From: Trichoplax sp. H2
Lineage: Eukaryota
Length of the DNA: 64,000 nt
Assembly (NCBI GenBank): GCA_003344405.1
Contig: NOWV01000241.1
Location: 1-64,000, forward strand
Reading direction: 5' to 3'
Within the stretch, counting starts at the first letter, position 1. Each line of letters starts with the position of its first letter. The translations under genes and the position numbers were made by a program. Positions 39,179-51,976 of this stretch are shown here, piece by piece. The notes beneath the pieces were generated by a model. The model was not told the origin of the DNA. It saw only the letters and a program-made list of their open reading frames with translations, and made no database searches.

Positions 39179-41770
39179 TCAATTATCAATCTTGCATTTT
39201 TGAAAGCCTTCTATTTGTATTGGAGATTCCAATGTGATGTGCTCCGCTTTATCAACCACGCTAAATTTGGAGATTAAATTTAACATCTGTTCTTCTAAGT
39301 AAGGAAGTTGATATTGCAAAAGTTGACTTGTTTTCACATGCTTTCGAAATTGATCTGTATGGCCGACTGCCATAATTAAATGCTTATTTTTATCAATATC
39401 AACGTTGTCTTGATAATTTTCAACACTAATGACACCTGTCAAGTAGGTCAAGATTCGGGATAAGACAATATCTTCAGGATATGTTAAGTCTTCTGACGTA
39501 TGACCAACTTTAGCAGATACAGTTTTTAGTATGTAGTCTTGTATGGCATATTGAATTATTCGATGAGTGTCATAACATTCACCTGAATCATCCGATATAT
39601 GTAAGATATTGTAATCAATCAGTGCTAAAATTCCTTCATCGAAATCGCTCTTTGTAATATTAGGATCTTGTTGTTGGCAAAACTCATACAGAAAAGAATC
39701 TGCAATATTATCAGCCGCAATATAGCCAATTAAAATCATAATATGCTCAACGATAGGGTGTTGCTCTAACAACTGTGACAAAGTTAATGTCCACGTAGTG
39801 ATATGTGTCAAAGGCTCACTTAACTTGACTTGTCCAGTTGAAGTTTCAATGTATTTTCGATAGTATGATGGGCCAAATTTCCCCTTCCAAAGGTTTTGTT
39901 CTTCATTTTTCAATTTGCTTAGATAACCTGTGAGTTTAAGACCGGTCCGTCGGATACATGCGGCTACTTGCGCTAACGCTAGAGGCAAATCACCAACCAA
40001 TTCGGATATTGCATTCGCTGCTTCTTTGTCATCTGATTTAGTACGCTGTAATAAATAAGCGGTAGATTCTTCACGGTTAAAGACCTCCACTTCAACGTAG
40101 TCGATATCATCAGTCCATTCTCTATGCCTTGATGTAATTACAACATGGCCATTACCTGTTTTTTTAGGTAAGTATCGTTGCACCTTGTCTTTACTATCGG
40201 CATTATCGTAGATAAGTAAGTAGCGGCAATAACTGACTATAAATTCCATGGTTGCAGTAACAAGTTTTTCAATGATTCCTCCTTTGTCATTGTAGGATTC
40301 AGACGCAACTGTGATCATTTTTCCATCGTCAGAGGTTTTAAAAATTTCTGGATGCTGCTTTGAATATTCATTGAACCAATATCGGACCCTTGCGATTTTT
40401 TCATATCTAATCGGATCGATATTCTTTCCTTTGTCGACAATGTCTTTTGCAAGTATGACCATGCCATATTGCAATGATATTTCAGTTTCAGCATGAAACC
40501 ATCGAATTAAATCATAATTTTCTTGATATTGTTGAGCGTAGAGTATAGCTACAGATGATTTTCCAACGCCACCCATTCCAATGGTTGATGCCTGAGTGAT
40601 TTGGCATTGATGCTTACGCTTAAGATTTTCGTGTAATTCATGAATGTAGTGGTCGCGCGGTAATAAATCTTCGCATATTGGTAAATTAGTAATAACAGGG
40701 AGTAGCGATTGAGATGAATTTATTTCAAATTTTGACAGTTGGATGTTTTCAATTTCTTCAGCTGATAGCAATTTTTCTAATTTTATCGGCACATTTTCTC
40801 TTAAAAATGGCTTAATTTGTTTCCTATAATGGTGCAACAAGTAACCGATATAAGGATAATCGCAATCAGCAGCTCTACATATATCTAATTTAATCTTTTC
40901 TTGTACAGTCAAAGGTAGCTCTGGGGATTGTAGGAGGCTTATAGTGTCATTTAACCATTTTTGAATAATAATGTTGGATTGAAGACTTGATGTTTTCAGC
41001 ATATTGTCAGATTCCGAAAATTTCTCCCAGAAATAACTGAAAGCTCGAATTATGGTTGCAGAGCCACTATCGTTGTTGACTTCTAATCCACAATAAGCAA
41101 TTTGTCGCTGATAGTCGCTACATTGATTACAGCAAGCTATCTGACACATAATGTCCATACCAATATAATAGATTTTATAGGATTGATGGTTCCAAAGGAT
41201 AGTGTTTAGCTCACTCGCTAGCATTTCTAATGGTTTACGACCAACTTTAAGCCCTTCTTGTACAATTTTAAAGGCCTTATGATATAAGTCGCGAATATTA
41301 AATGGATTGTTATCGCCAGCTTTACTATCGATAGCATCTTGTATCAAATGGTAAATAATATCAAGCTCAGCAAAGATTAAATATGGCGAAGCATCGACTG
41401 TACAAGAATAATTAGGCTTAACTAAATGTTTGAAAAATTTATGAATTGTATCAATTAGGGTATTAACAGCGTTCATAATATTCTTAGTATCTCCCTGATC
41501 GGTATTAAGATTATGGCGATTAGTGGAAAAAACAGCAATCTCACGAGCAAAGCGAACCAATCGATATAGAACATCCGTACTTAATAGCTGATTTTGACTT
41601 TCAGCGATTTGAATCGCTTTCGAGATAATTAAAAGAGGAGTCGCTACATCTTCAATAGTAGATTTGGAATGGATTAAATGAATGAGCTCGTTTGCTTCAT
41701 CCAATTGCTTATTCACAAGATGGCATTGAATGTCATCCAACAGCGTTAAGAAATTGAACGGTTTCGCCAT
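39179..41770 (-). CDS. NB-ARC (AP-ATPase/STAND) domain protein, single exon, 863 aa, unknown N-terminal helical region
   Basis: Walker A GMGGVGKS (~40555-40579), RNBS-A YDLIRWFHA, Walker B YLLIYDNA, sensor 1 GHVVITSR, GLPL-type GDLPLALAQ and MHD-like THRIIQ. No TPR/LRR/WD40 repeats are visible after the winged helix. Confidence 0.9.
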   Translation of the reverse strand: MAKPFNFLTLLDDIQCHLVNKQLDEANELIHLIHSKSTIEDVATPLLIISKAIQIAESQNQLLSTDVLYRLVRFAREIAVFSTNRHNLNTDQGDTKNIMNAVNTLIDTIHKFFKHLVKPNYSCTVDASPYLIFAELDIIYHLIQDAIDSKAGDNNPFNIRDLYHKAFKIVQEGLKVGRKPLEMLASELNTILWNHQSYKIYYIGMDIMCQIACCNQCSDYQRQIAYCGLEVNNDSGSATIIRAFSYFWEKFSESDNMLKTSSLQSNIIIQKWLNDTISLLQSPELPLTVQEKIKLDICRAADCDYPYIGYLLHHYRKQIKPFLRENVPIKLEKLLSAEEIENIQLSKFEINSSQSLLPVITNLPICEDLLPRDHYIHELHENLKRKHQCQITQASTIGMGGVGKSSVAILYAQQYQENYDLIRWFHAETEISLQYGMVILAKDIVDKGKNIDPIRYEKIARVRYWFNEYSKQHPEIFKTSDDGKMITVASESYNDKGGIIEKLVTATMEFIVSYCRYLLIYDNADSKDKVQRYLPKKTGNGHVVITSRHREWTDDIDYVEVEVFNREESTAYLLQRTKSDDKEAANAISELVGDLPLALAQVAACIRRTGLKLTGYLSKLKNEEQNLWKGKFGPSYYRKYIETSTGQVKLSEPLTHITTWTLTLSQLLEQHPIVEHIMILIGYIAADNIADSFLYEFCQQQDPNITKSDFDEGILALIDYNILHISDDSGECYDTHRIIQYAIQDYILKTVSAKVGHTSEDLTYPEDIVLSRILTYLTGVISVENYQDNVDIDKNKHLIMAVGHTDQFRKHVKTSQLLQYQLPYLEEQMLNLISKFSVVDKAEHITLESPIQIEGFQKCKIDN

Positions 41771-43419
41771 GATTAAATCGCAATAAAAATACCGTTAATG
41801 AACTTCCAAGTTGCTACGTTACCGTAAGTTCTTGCCAGTCATAAGGGTTATGATGAAGGCAGTGAGTACCATACCGTTAGATGGTGAGGATTATTGTATA
41901 GTGTAATGTATGACACAGGCAGTCTATTTTGCGCATATAACTTATTTGACTATATTACTGTGCGCATACGATTCTAGGCGTATTTCCACATATACCCGTA
42001 GTAATAATATAACATTGAAAGCTATTATAGGGAACTTACTACGCATAAATTATATATTTGTTATAAGCTATTGGTCCAATATGATTAATAATTTCATTCG
42101 CGGCTAATATAGAATTGCATCAAAGTTCAGTAGTGGCTGTGCGCAACATACACTACTGTATCCAAGTGTACTTATAATTATGTCATGACAAACGCTATAC
42201 GATGGACAACACTAGAGGCATTATGCTGCATACACTATCTAGAAAATAACGCATCGGTAGCTTTCCTTCGCCGACCGTAGCATATCTGCCTCAAAGCTTG
42301 CTATTAATTATTAGATCTACCTTTCTAATGCTAGTTTCTAATGAATATTGGGTAAATAAAAATGAGTATAAGGAAAAGATTCGTGGTTTTCCTTAATGGA
42401 TTAATAAAAGAAATAATTCTAATATTCTCAATGACAATAAGTCCATAACATTTCATACCTTGCCATAACTTTTTACTGACTAAATTCAAAGTCTTTATTT
42501 AATGTAGAATCCAAAAACTGTACTTACTTACTTGTTACAGAAATACATCACCAAATCATAATCACTTAGTACAGTATAATGGCCATAGAAGGTCTTTTTC
42601 CTCACTAACATAATGCCCTATCATGCGCCTTTCCACTAGACTAGTGTAGAAAGGCGTATGTCTTACACCATAACTATATAATATATATCTCAGGAATCTC
42701 ATTAATGTGCAAACATGAACAAGGATAGGCAATCCTGATAATTACAATTGGAGTCGAATATAATTAAATTTTATTAACTGCTAATAGAAGCTTAACCATT
42801 AAGTTCATAGCGTATTATTATAGCAAGAAAATTAAAGTCAAATGTTAATTATTTTATGTAGAATTTATTCTTTTATTTTACTGTTTATGCTTGTATGCAC
42901 AATCTAAAAGAAGGTACATTGCCGCGTTAGTAAGGTTTTTAAAGCAGCAGTTATAGCATTTGTACAAATGTATACTCGGTTTAAGAATATTTGATATAAA
43001 CTTTTGTATAAACCTTACAATAAAAATGCAATTCGTAAACATTATCATTTACTTATTTGCGCCATACTTACATTACAGTTTTGTTATACTGTAAGATAAC
43101 AGAGAATTACTAATGGCAATGGCAAGACTAGAGATACTGTTTTACTCCTCCCAGTTAAGGACTAATATGATTATATGATACAGTAATGGAGGAGATTGGC
43201 CACGAATATAAGAAATATACATTATCGCCAATTAGTAAGCGAAAAATTAAAAGCCATTTAAAAGACAGTCGAAAATTTTAAAATAGTTTATAGCAAGATT
43301 TATTAACTATAGAAAATTCAGAAACAATTTTATAAAATGTTAAAGAATTTCAATTCTGAACATTTGTGGGTATGTTAGATTGGTTATGGGTGACGATATT
43401 GCCCTAACTTGAATAGGTC

Positions 43420-46400
43420 CTAATCTGTCCACTTCATACACAGTTAATTGCACACCGATTAAAAACAATAAAGATGCAAAATTCAATGAAAATGCTTATT
43501 CTTAAGTTAATGGTTAGATACAGAATACAGTATTGTATCGTATGTTTGAACTCAACACCCATGTTATGAACATGGCTATCAAGACAACTTACTTGGACAA
43601 CATTTGATAAAGGGGATCGTGAGGCTTCAAATTGGTCTGTAAGGATGGTACATAATAATATTGTGTTAAGAACTTGCTAATGAATGGTTAGTTAACATTC
43701 AGGTTAGTAGCCAATTAGTAAGGAAATATTAACAAATTTTAAAGTTTATTTTCAAGTCTTAGTTGTGGTAAAAGTTTTTCTAGGCAATACGCACTTCGCC
43801 TGATTTCATCTATGATTCCATTATACAAGGTACGGTGTTCTTCTTCTCGAGTGTTATCACCAGCAAATCGATAAATATCTGAAAGTAATTTACAGTAAGA
43901 GAAGATAATACAGCGACTCTTGTAAAATAAGCTAAATTGATAGCTATAGACATCGACTATGCTAGTGCGTACTGAAGTAACTTATGCATTAGTAGCTATC
44001 GTAAAAGGCTACCAACGACCTTTATATTAAGTGGTAGTAGAATTTTAGTAAAGCTACAGTGATGACATCGTCCTTGATTACTATAACAAACCTGACAGTA
44101 ACAGTAAGGCAGAAATTTCAGTATAGTTATTAGAAATATTTCTTGCTATTTGTAGCGCCGAAGTAGCAACATCCAATGATTCCTACAAATTGAAAAATCG
44201 ATTAATTTACCCAGTGAATACTTAGTTATAACTCGGTTAATTCATTCTTGAGACTGCCAAAACTTTAAAAGCAGGACCATGGCAATATCTTTACCTGTAG
44301 TTTTCCTTGATGTAAAAGCGTATATCCAGTAAGCGATAAGCCAGCAGCAGTCATACTTAACATGTCAGCGTTGTAGGCCAGTTTAATCGCTTCACGAGAT
44401 AAGATTCTAGAGCGTACAAAATAAGTAATTATTTTTATCTTACATAGTTACTTTTAATTGCAGAGACCGATAAGAGCTTCTGCTCGATTACCTAGCGTCA
44501 TCGAATCTACTTGATTGAAATTGACTTATTGCGTGCACGAGATAAGATAGTGCAAGAAATTTGGTGTTCCTTACAAAAATAATATTCCGCAATAAGTGAT
44601 GCTAATCATAGGATTAATTAATCTACTGTCTAAGATTCGATACCGAATTGGTAAATTCTCCGGCATTGTTTCTTGTAAGATAGGCTCAGACTGTAACATA
44701 GAAATAATTTATTATAAACTGATGCATTTTCAGCATATACAGTACTGATATGCACATAACACGTAGTACAACTATCGCAAAGCTAATGCATTCATACAGA
44801 TTCGTAATATATTTATACCATATGACATTGTAAGAGTTTTAGATAAAACATACAATATCGTTATATTTATCCTGATATATGCAGAGTCATAGATTAAAAT
44901 AGTTACTTGTGATTTATAAATGATTACCAATCAGGTAACATAATGATCGAAATCTGAAGTTGTATCAATCGTTAAGTTCTAAAGGCTTAAGAATGTTTAA
45001 CTATCAGTTACGTGGTGTTCCTTTCAGCGTACACAAGTATCAATATTTGCCTTATGTTCTTTGCAAACCTTATTAGTTGTGGCTTCACTGTTAAGTACTA
45101 CCATTGCTTGTAAGAGCTTTAAATATTCCTTTACGTCGTATCTTTGGGATAGCTTGAAATTAACAGAATCAATTGGTGTTTTTGTTATACAGTTGCAAAT
45201 TGCTGCGAAGGTACGTTGACTAGGCCAAAAGTTAAACTGTAAATTTCTAAATGTTTGACAACGCTTGTACTAAGATAATACTATATTCAATACGAAGTGC
45301 CTTTGCAATTTATATAGTGCATTATATGTATATATATTTATATAAGAGAAGTCTTTTCACCATAAATGACGATAACTTACGTTGGTAGCAGAGTTGAAGT
45401 GATATTTTGCAAGATCCGTGTTGCCGAGATTCATAGCATACATTCCCTAAAGTCATTATAATTAATTTATTCTTTTAGCGGCGTTGGGTAGAAATAGCAA
45501 GTATACTTTGCAAAAGTATAAAATAGCAATGATAAATTTATTCAATCCTATTTACCAATAGGGCGTGGACAGTGCTTCGCTCGGTACTTAATAATTGCTT
45601 GTTATTCTCATACAATTCAATAAGCGAACGCATCTGGAAGGACGGAAATCAAATTACCAAAGCATGTAAAATATAGCAATTGCCCGAATATTAAATAAAT
45701 AGATTCTACGAGAATAATAACATTGGCCGTAGAATATTTTATTCTCGTCTTACTTACAGGCAAAAGCGCATTCGCAGGGCGACCAAGTAATAGATTAATA
45801 ACTACCAGTTGTTTGAATATAAGCAAGCGATATAATGTCGACATAGAAGATCTAATTTCCATAGAACGTGTGGCGTTCGTCGCTAATTCATCTAACTGAT
45901 TTCTAGCCTTGTTAATATATTTATCAGCCTTTGCGATTTGACCACTATATGTATGAAATATGGATGTAATCTGCAGGGAGGGTAAAAATCCAATAAGTGA
46001 TATCACATATTTTTCAAGGTAAACTGTAACTTAAACAGTTTTATAACATTTAATTTTACATAACATTGATTGCGAACGGTAATAAGCTATGGATAATTAT
46101 AATAGTACAAGCAATTGCAATCCATACAATATAAGTTAGCACACAAAGTTCTTCATTGGATAACCAAAATAATGGAAGTATGTCCTCGTTTATTCTATCC
46201 CCTTCTGCCATTTCCAAATTAATAATATTAATAAGCAGGCACTTCTACTACAGCCCTAAAATAATATTAATAGCAATTTCTTATTACGTAGTATAATACC
46301 TGGCTTGGCAAGGGAAACAATTTGCTGTATTGACTGTTGTAGCTGCTTCAGTTGTACTGAAGCTTGTTTCATCTGTAGTATAAAATAAGATTTAATTGAA

Positions 46401-48821
46401 ATATTTGTAAAAGTTGTGAGAAAATCGCAAGCGAAGAGATTCTACCTCGCCTACTGATATTAGGAAATAAACCCGAAAACAGAACAGATGTGCTTTGACT
46501 GGTTCTATAATACTAGGATGCACATTTAAATTCGCTATCAACACGTCAGATTCGTTGAATACGGGCGCCAGTTTAGAGTAATTTCCTTGAATTAAAGCTA
46601 GCTAAGAATTTTGAAAGGAATAATTATTAGGAAAGCGTAGAAAATTTTCGGCGTAAATAATTTTTATGTCGATATAGTATAGGACTATATGTGTGTATAA
46701 AACATAATCTATACCTGCGCAATTGTGGCAAGTATTTGTAGCCTAAAAATTTAATTAAGAGTTCAAAAATTAAGCTTTGGTGTTATTTATGATTGATGTC
46801 TGCTTATCAACACTAGCTGTCATTTTTTAATTGATTTAAGTATTAAAGAGTTGTGTACATCTAGATATTACACTGTACAATAACTAGTGCATTGTTGAAT
46901 ATATAACAATTTAGTTATTAAGTCGAACCTGACAACCCCATTTTGGTAGAAATACGATATACCATCTTGCAGTATATTGAAAGCTCTATCAAAAGCGCCT
47001 TTTACATAGTATATACCCTAAAATAATAGCAATTGGACTTTAAGAAAATGATGTTGTTGACTTGATGTGCTGAAGTATTAATTTATTAACTAGAAAATAG
47101 AATAGCAAAAGGCCATAAAGATTTCTGTGACATTGAAAAGTATTTACAGACGTTAACTAATCTATTGCTTAAACGTTTCGCTTTTTCGTAATAAACAAAA
47201 ATGTCTATCTATTTCTATTTTACACTATCGATCTCATAAATTGTTACTCACAACTAATTTAAATATAACTCGATGATGCCAACGAGGATAGGTCCTTGTA
47301 AATTCTCTTATTCTTAAAAGCAAGTGTAGCGCATTGTCTAGCTGTTTCTGAAGGTATTAGTAAACATTGAATTTAGCAAGAATTACCTCGCTTTATCAAT
47401 TAAAACAAACATTCAGTTCACATATAACTTCATAATTTGTTTCGTTACTTTACCATAGATTGGTATTCTTCGGCAAGAAGGAAGGATAATTCTATTCTCA
47501 TTTCGCTATTATCAGCAGACTAAAATTCAGAAATGGTTTAATATTAACAGGAAATAAATATATAGCGGTTAAAAAATTACAGTAGAGAAAGTTTAGTACT
47601 TCGTCTAAAGGAATCAAGAAGAAGCTTATATATGTACAAGGTTTCTTTGTTAATGATACTACGATGTTAGATTATAGCATTTTTATCAATTGTAATACTT
47701 CAGTTCGAAATTTGTACATTATCTATAGTATGGCTAAAATAACTTATTTTTTTGTCAATAGAAACAAGCAGGTTATAGACCTGTCAATCAGACACTAGTA
47801 AAGTAAGGCGATACAGTATAAACTGTTGATAGGGCTTTTATATACGTATGGTGAACAAGGCAATGGTTAACAACATTATATGCGGCTGTGGTATTTTTTA
47901 AAGTATAAGTAAAGAATTCAGAGAAAGCTTCATTGGATATCGAATCTTCATATGAGTATTTCAAGAGTAAATTCGGTGGTATCAGTTATAATACAGCAAC
48001 ACCGTTGAGGATATTCCCATGACGTATGTATTATATTGCGCTACAGTGAGCAGTTGTAATAAGTAAGAATCTTGTGAAGCAAGAAGTAGCAGCTCGATAT
48101 GAATAAAACGTCTAAGGACTAAATAATATCATTTCACTAAGAGAATAGACTTGCAGTATCCTACATTGTGTAGACTTTGTTGCTTGTTGATGAAAGGTAT
48201 CAAGACTAATAAACCTTGATCTGGAGAAAGTAAGTTATCATGAAGGTGAAATAAACGTATATCCATCCCTAGCAACATACTACACAGTGTTAATCGTGAT
48301 TAAGCATGGTGACTATACAATAACATAGAAAGTTGATCGTGTCCATCAGCAGCAAAAATATTAAACGTTACTAGTGAATCTTAGAATATGTTTCTATGAA
48401 GGTAATGTTTAAAGGCAAGTATACGTGGTAATGTCTGTTGGATTGAAGGCTAAGTCAGTTTACCTTGTCGCATTCTGTAACCTATGAAAGAATATATGAC
48501 AGAAAAATTAGGCTGTATTAAGATCATTATCGGATAGATAATAGCTGAAGACAGAACTGGTGAGACTAGACTGCTTACCCCTTGATAAAAATAAGAAATC
48601 ATTTCATTTCTATTGGAAGTATATTTTGCATAAATTTTGCCAAGTTGAAGGCATGCCTTGATACGATAATACGACGGTAATTTGTACTTCAAGACAGCAG
48701 TCAGAGCACGAATAGCCAGGAGAATTTCAGGAGGATTAGATTGAATACTATAATCTGCCAGGGTGAATAATACCTGGTAATAATAATTATTATTATCCAG
48801 TTTTGGCAATTGGACAGCCAT
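43420..48821 (-). CDS. MAU2: Cohesin loader subunit MAU2/Scc4 (multi-exon)
   Basis: ATG at 48821; YYQVLFTLADYSIQSNPPEILLAIRALTAVL matches the MAU2 N-terminus. Later exons: WHHRVIFKL, PLFWLSNEELCVLTY, HTYSGQIAKADKY, VHALLG|MYAMNL, LSREAIKLAYNADMLSMTA. Final exon WTD-TAG at 43431-43420. Confidence 0.88.
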
Positions 48822-49399
48822 CTTGTAAAAGGCAGTTGGAAGCGGTAAACTAGTGGATGAATTTGCTTTGTAACAGATTCTTAACAAATTGACGGATCAA
48901 CTTTGAAAAGTTCAAAATAGGCTTTTCCTTCAAGTTTCAATCTTGTTTAATTATGGATTGAACTTGTATTAATATGTTGTTTGTATATATTATATCCTTG
49001 GTTCCAACGTCCACAATGGTTGTATCATCGTTGGTATCTCAGTATGGGATTGACGAGTAATGCTTGCATCAGTAAATAGTATCCATGACCCTATTTCACT
49101 TTCTGCAAGTCTGATCTGATCTCAATATGAGTCTACTCGTAGCGTCGTTGTAGAGTCTTCAAATTTGTAAATGGAAGGAAGATTTCTTTCAATATCCTTA
49201 TGGAAAGTCTATAAAGTCATTTGGAATGGGACCAACGCCAGCACAATATCCATCGACATGGCAACGATGAAGATTCAGGAACTGCGTGAATAGGAAGAGT
49301 CAGCCGCCAGCCGTATCGTGGCTCATGGGTATCGATTTTTGAATGGTATCGAAACATCGGACAGACTGACCGAAGGCCTAAGTCTGCGATGGACTAGTA

Positions 49400-50830
49400 T
49401 CATCAGTTCTACACTCTACTGTACAGTGTACAGTATGGTCTCAGTGTGTGTTTATGCTACAATAGTGATGAGCCATACAGACTACATACAGTACAGCACT
49501 GTACTTGGACTTTTACTTTTGAGAACATAAATGTGCGTGCATATTGCCTCTTAGCATTATTACTCTGCATCAAAGTAAGGAACTGTGCAGGATTGGATAT
49601 AAACAGTCAATGCCTTAAGCTCAATGGTGTAGGTATAGTAGGGAGATTAGGGCTTGAGAGACCTCCATTATTCTGTAAATATATACACTATATTATACAG
49701 TAGTTATGTTTTTCACTTTCAGTCTTTACCCTTTCTTGTCCTGTTTGCTATGTAAAATCAGCCTATCGACAGTACTGTAAACTATAAACTGTCAAGGTGA
49801 ATTGTAGAGTTCTGTCTATGTACAGTATAATATTATCTCGCGGCAGCTTCTTTGTCTCCTTGCTGAGTTTGTGCTCTGTTATATCGCTGCATAACAGCGA
49901 TCATTCATTCGTCCCTAATTTATGAATAGTCATCAACTACAAGTCCATGACTGCATTCGACTAGCAGTTTTTATGATCGCTGTTTATCCTTGTACAGTAC
50001 TGTACTGTAGTATAGACTTGAGAGTGTGTACTGTACAGTGTACAGTACATGTACTGTATACTGTACTGTACAGTACAGTACGCTGACTCAAAAGATAAAA
50101 CCTTGACTGTGGACACCCCCTCGGATGGACGGACTTTTCATACCAGATAAGGCGATCAATGTCGAAAAAATAGTTCCAGTACTCATAGTTAGTACTGTAC
50201 ACTGTACAGTACAGTACTGTATACTGTACTGAAGATCTTCCGTGTCTGTTTGGAAATGACTCCTCCTGTACAGTATGTGTACTACTACAGTACCGTACTG
50301 TACTGGAATGCGCGAGCATGACATCAAATTGACGTCATGCGTAGAGTACTGTACTGTACTGTACATTGTGTCACGTACTGTATACTGTACTGTACTGTCA
50401 GTCGGTCATACAGTACAATGCAGTATTTTGGATGTACTGTAGCGATAAAAGAAGACTAAGTAGAGCATAGTAACAGGCTATGCAATACAGTACTGTAAAA
50501 ATGTACAATAAATAGCACTTACACTATTAAAGTCATTTAGAGAAAATCATGTATGGCACAATTTGTCGATCCAGTTTGGACAGAACTCTGTCCTTCCAAT
50601 GCACTGTGCCAGACTTCATTCTTAGCGACGGTACCCAAATTCCGGAGGTAGCCAATGGGTACCAGGATGGAATCTGGTACAGTACACTGTACTGTGATCG
50701 TGGAGTACAGTATGTGGTACTGTAAGACCGTACTGTACTACTGTACACGTGACTGCTTTCACAATGCCATTTTTCTCTTACCAATCCCTGATACTGTAGT
50801 CTATAGCGTGCGCTGTACAGTAGTGGACAG
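49400..50830. repeat. ACTGT/ACAGT mosaic in the MAU2/HNRNPK divergent region
   Basis: Palindromes at 50041-50058 (18 bp) and 50059-50080 (22 bp); runs at 49992-50081, 50191-50231, 50346-50400 and 50677-50746. Confidence 0.9.
50316..50340. promoter_or_regulatory. Inverted pair of CRE-like sites (TGACATCA / TGACGTCA)
   Basis: gcatgacatcaa-a-ttgacgtcatgc is a 25-bp palindrome with one mismatch and contains a consensus CRE at 50330-50337, between MAU2 and HNRNPK. Confidence 0.45.
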
Positions 50831-51976
50831 TAGACTACAGCCATACAGTAGGAGTGCAACTCATTGACAGCGTTAGTTCAATTGGCAGTTCTGTCCTCAT
50901 CTTTGTGCGCCTGCCATTTTTCAAAGGAAAATCAGTGAAATTTTTCTCTTTTTCATGTAAGTTTCTCCTTTTTCTTCCATTTTATAGCTTATGGTAGAGC
51001 AAGATTAGCTTGTATTGCACCAATTGTTTAAGAAAGAGAATTCATTTCTTGCCTGTGATCAAGAAAATGACCGTCAGTATCGTAGAATATGGACCCATTA
51101 ACGTCCATGTGATCCCTTTGAATAAAGAAAAAGATTCACTAGCGATCCTTTTGCACAAACTGGCGATGATATAGTTCACTCCATTCGTGGACAATTTTGC
51201 CCCAAGTTGAATAGCGTTGGACTTTCTTAACCCTGCAGTACTATTCTATAGTGGGTAGTAACAACTTAGTGCCAATGGATTCTATTTTAACGAGCAGTTG
51301 GATGCACGTTTTATCTACGCAATCATTTTTCGGCAAGTCAACTAAACATCGCTGTACTACGGTGGATCAACTGCCAGACGTGATAATCCAAGCACTGTGC
51401 AGTTGGAGTACTTGTACTTGACTAAAAGATTGCATACAATCATAATCATCCTTTGATGGATGGAATATAGGCATGTAGGAAACAGGAAGTAGTGGAATAT
51501 TCTGCTCGACAGCTTTTGATACAAAAATGGAGTAGAAAAGATATATTTTAAGCTGAACTGCACACAATCTGGCAAAAGCAAAAGTATACTGTACATCGAT
51601 ACAGATGGATCCATACATGTTAGTTAACCACAGTTCTTACATTTGTTGATAAATTCCATTGGCGACATACTACGCTGAGGAACATCACATAACAAGAAAT
51701 TGACTTGCAAAGAGGAAAGAATATGTCAGTCGTAGTCATGGATTGAATTCTAGCAGTAGCCAGTCAATGACCATCGCTCCCTAGAATGATAGACGTCAAC
51801 AAATACTAGTCGCTAATGAATAACCACGATAAGATCAAGAGCGGAACTCTTAGGCTCTTCACTATTGGAAATAAAATTGTACAATAGTAGATATACAATA
51901 TCCACCTAATCTTCTGTAATATTTGTCTTCTTATGAAATTTATAGCTCGTTAAAGTAAAAGCCGAAAATTTTCTAT

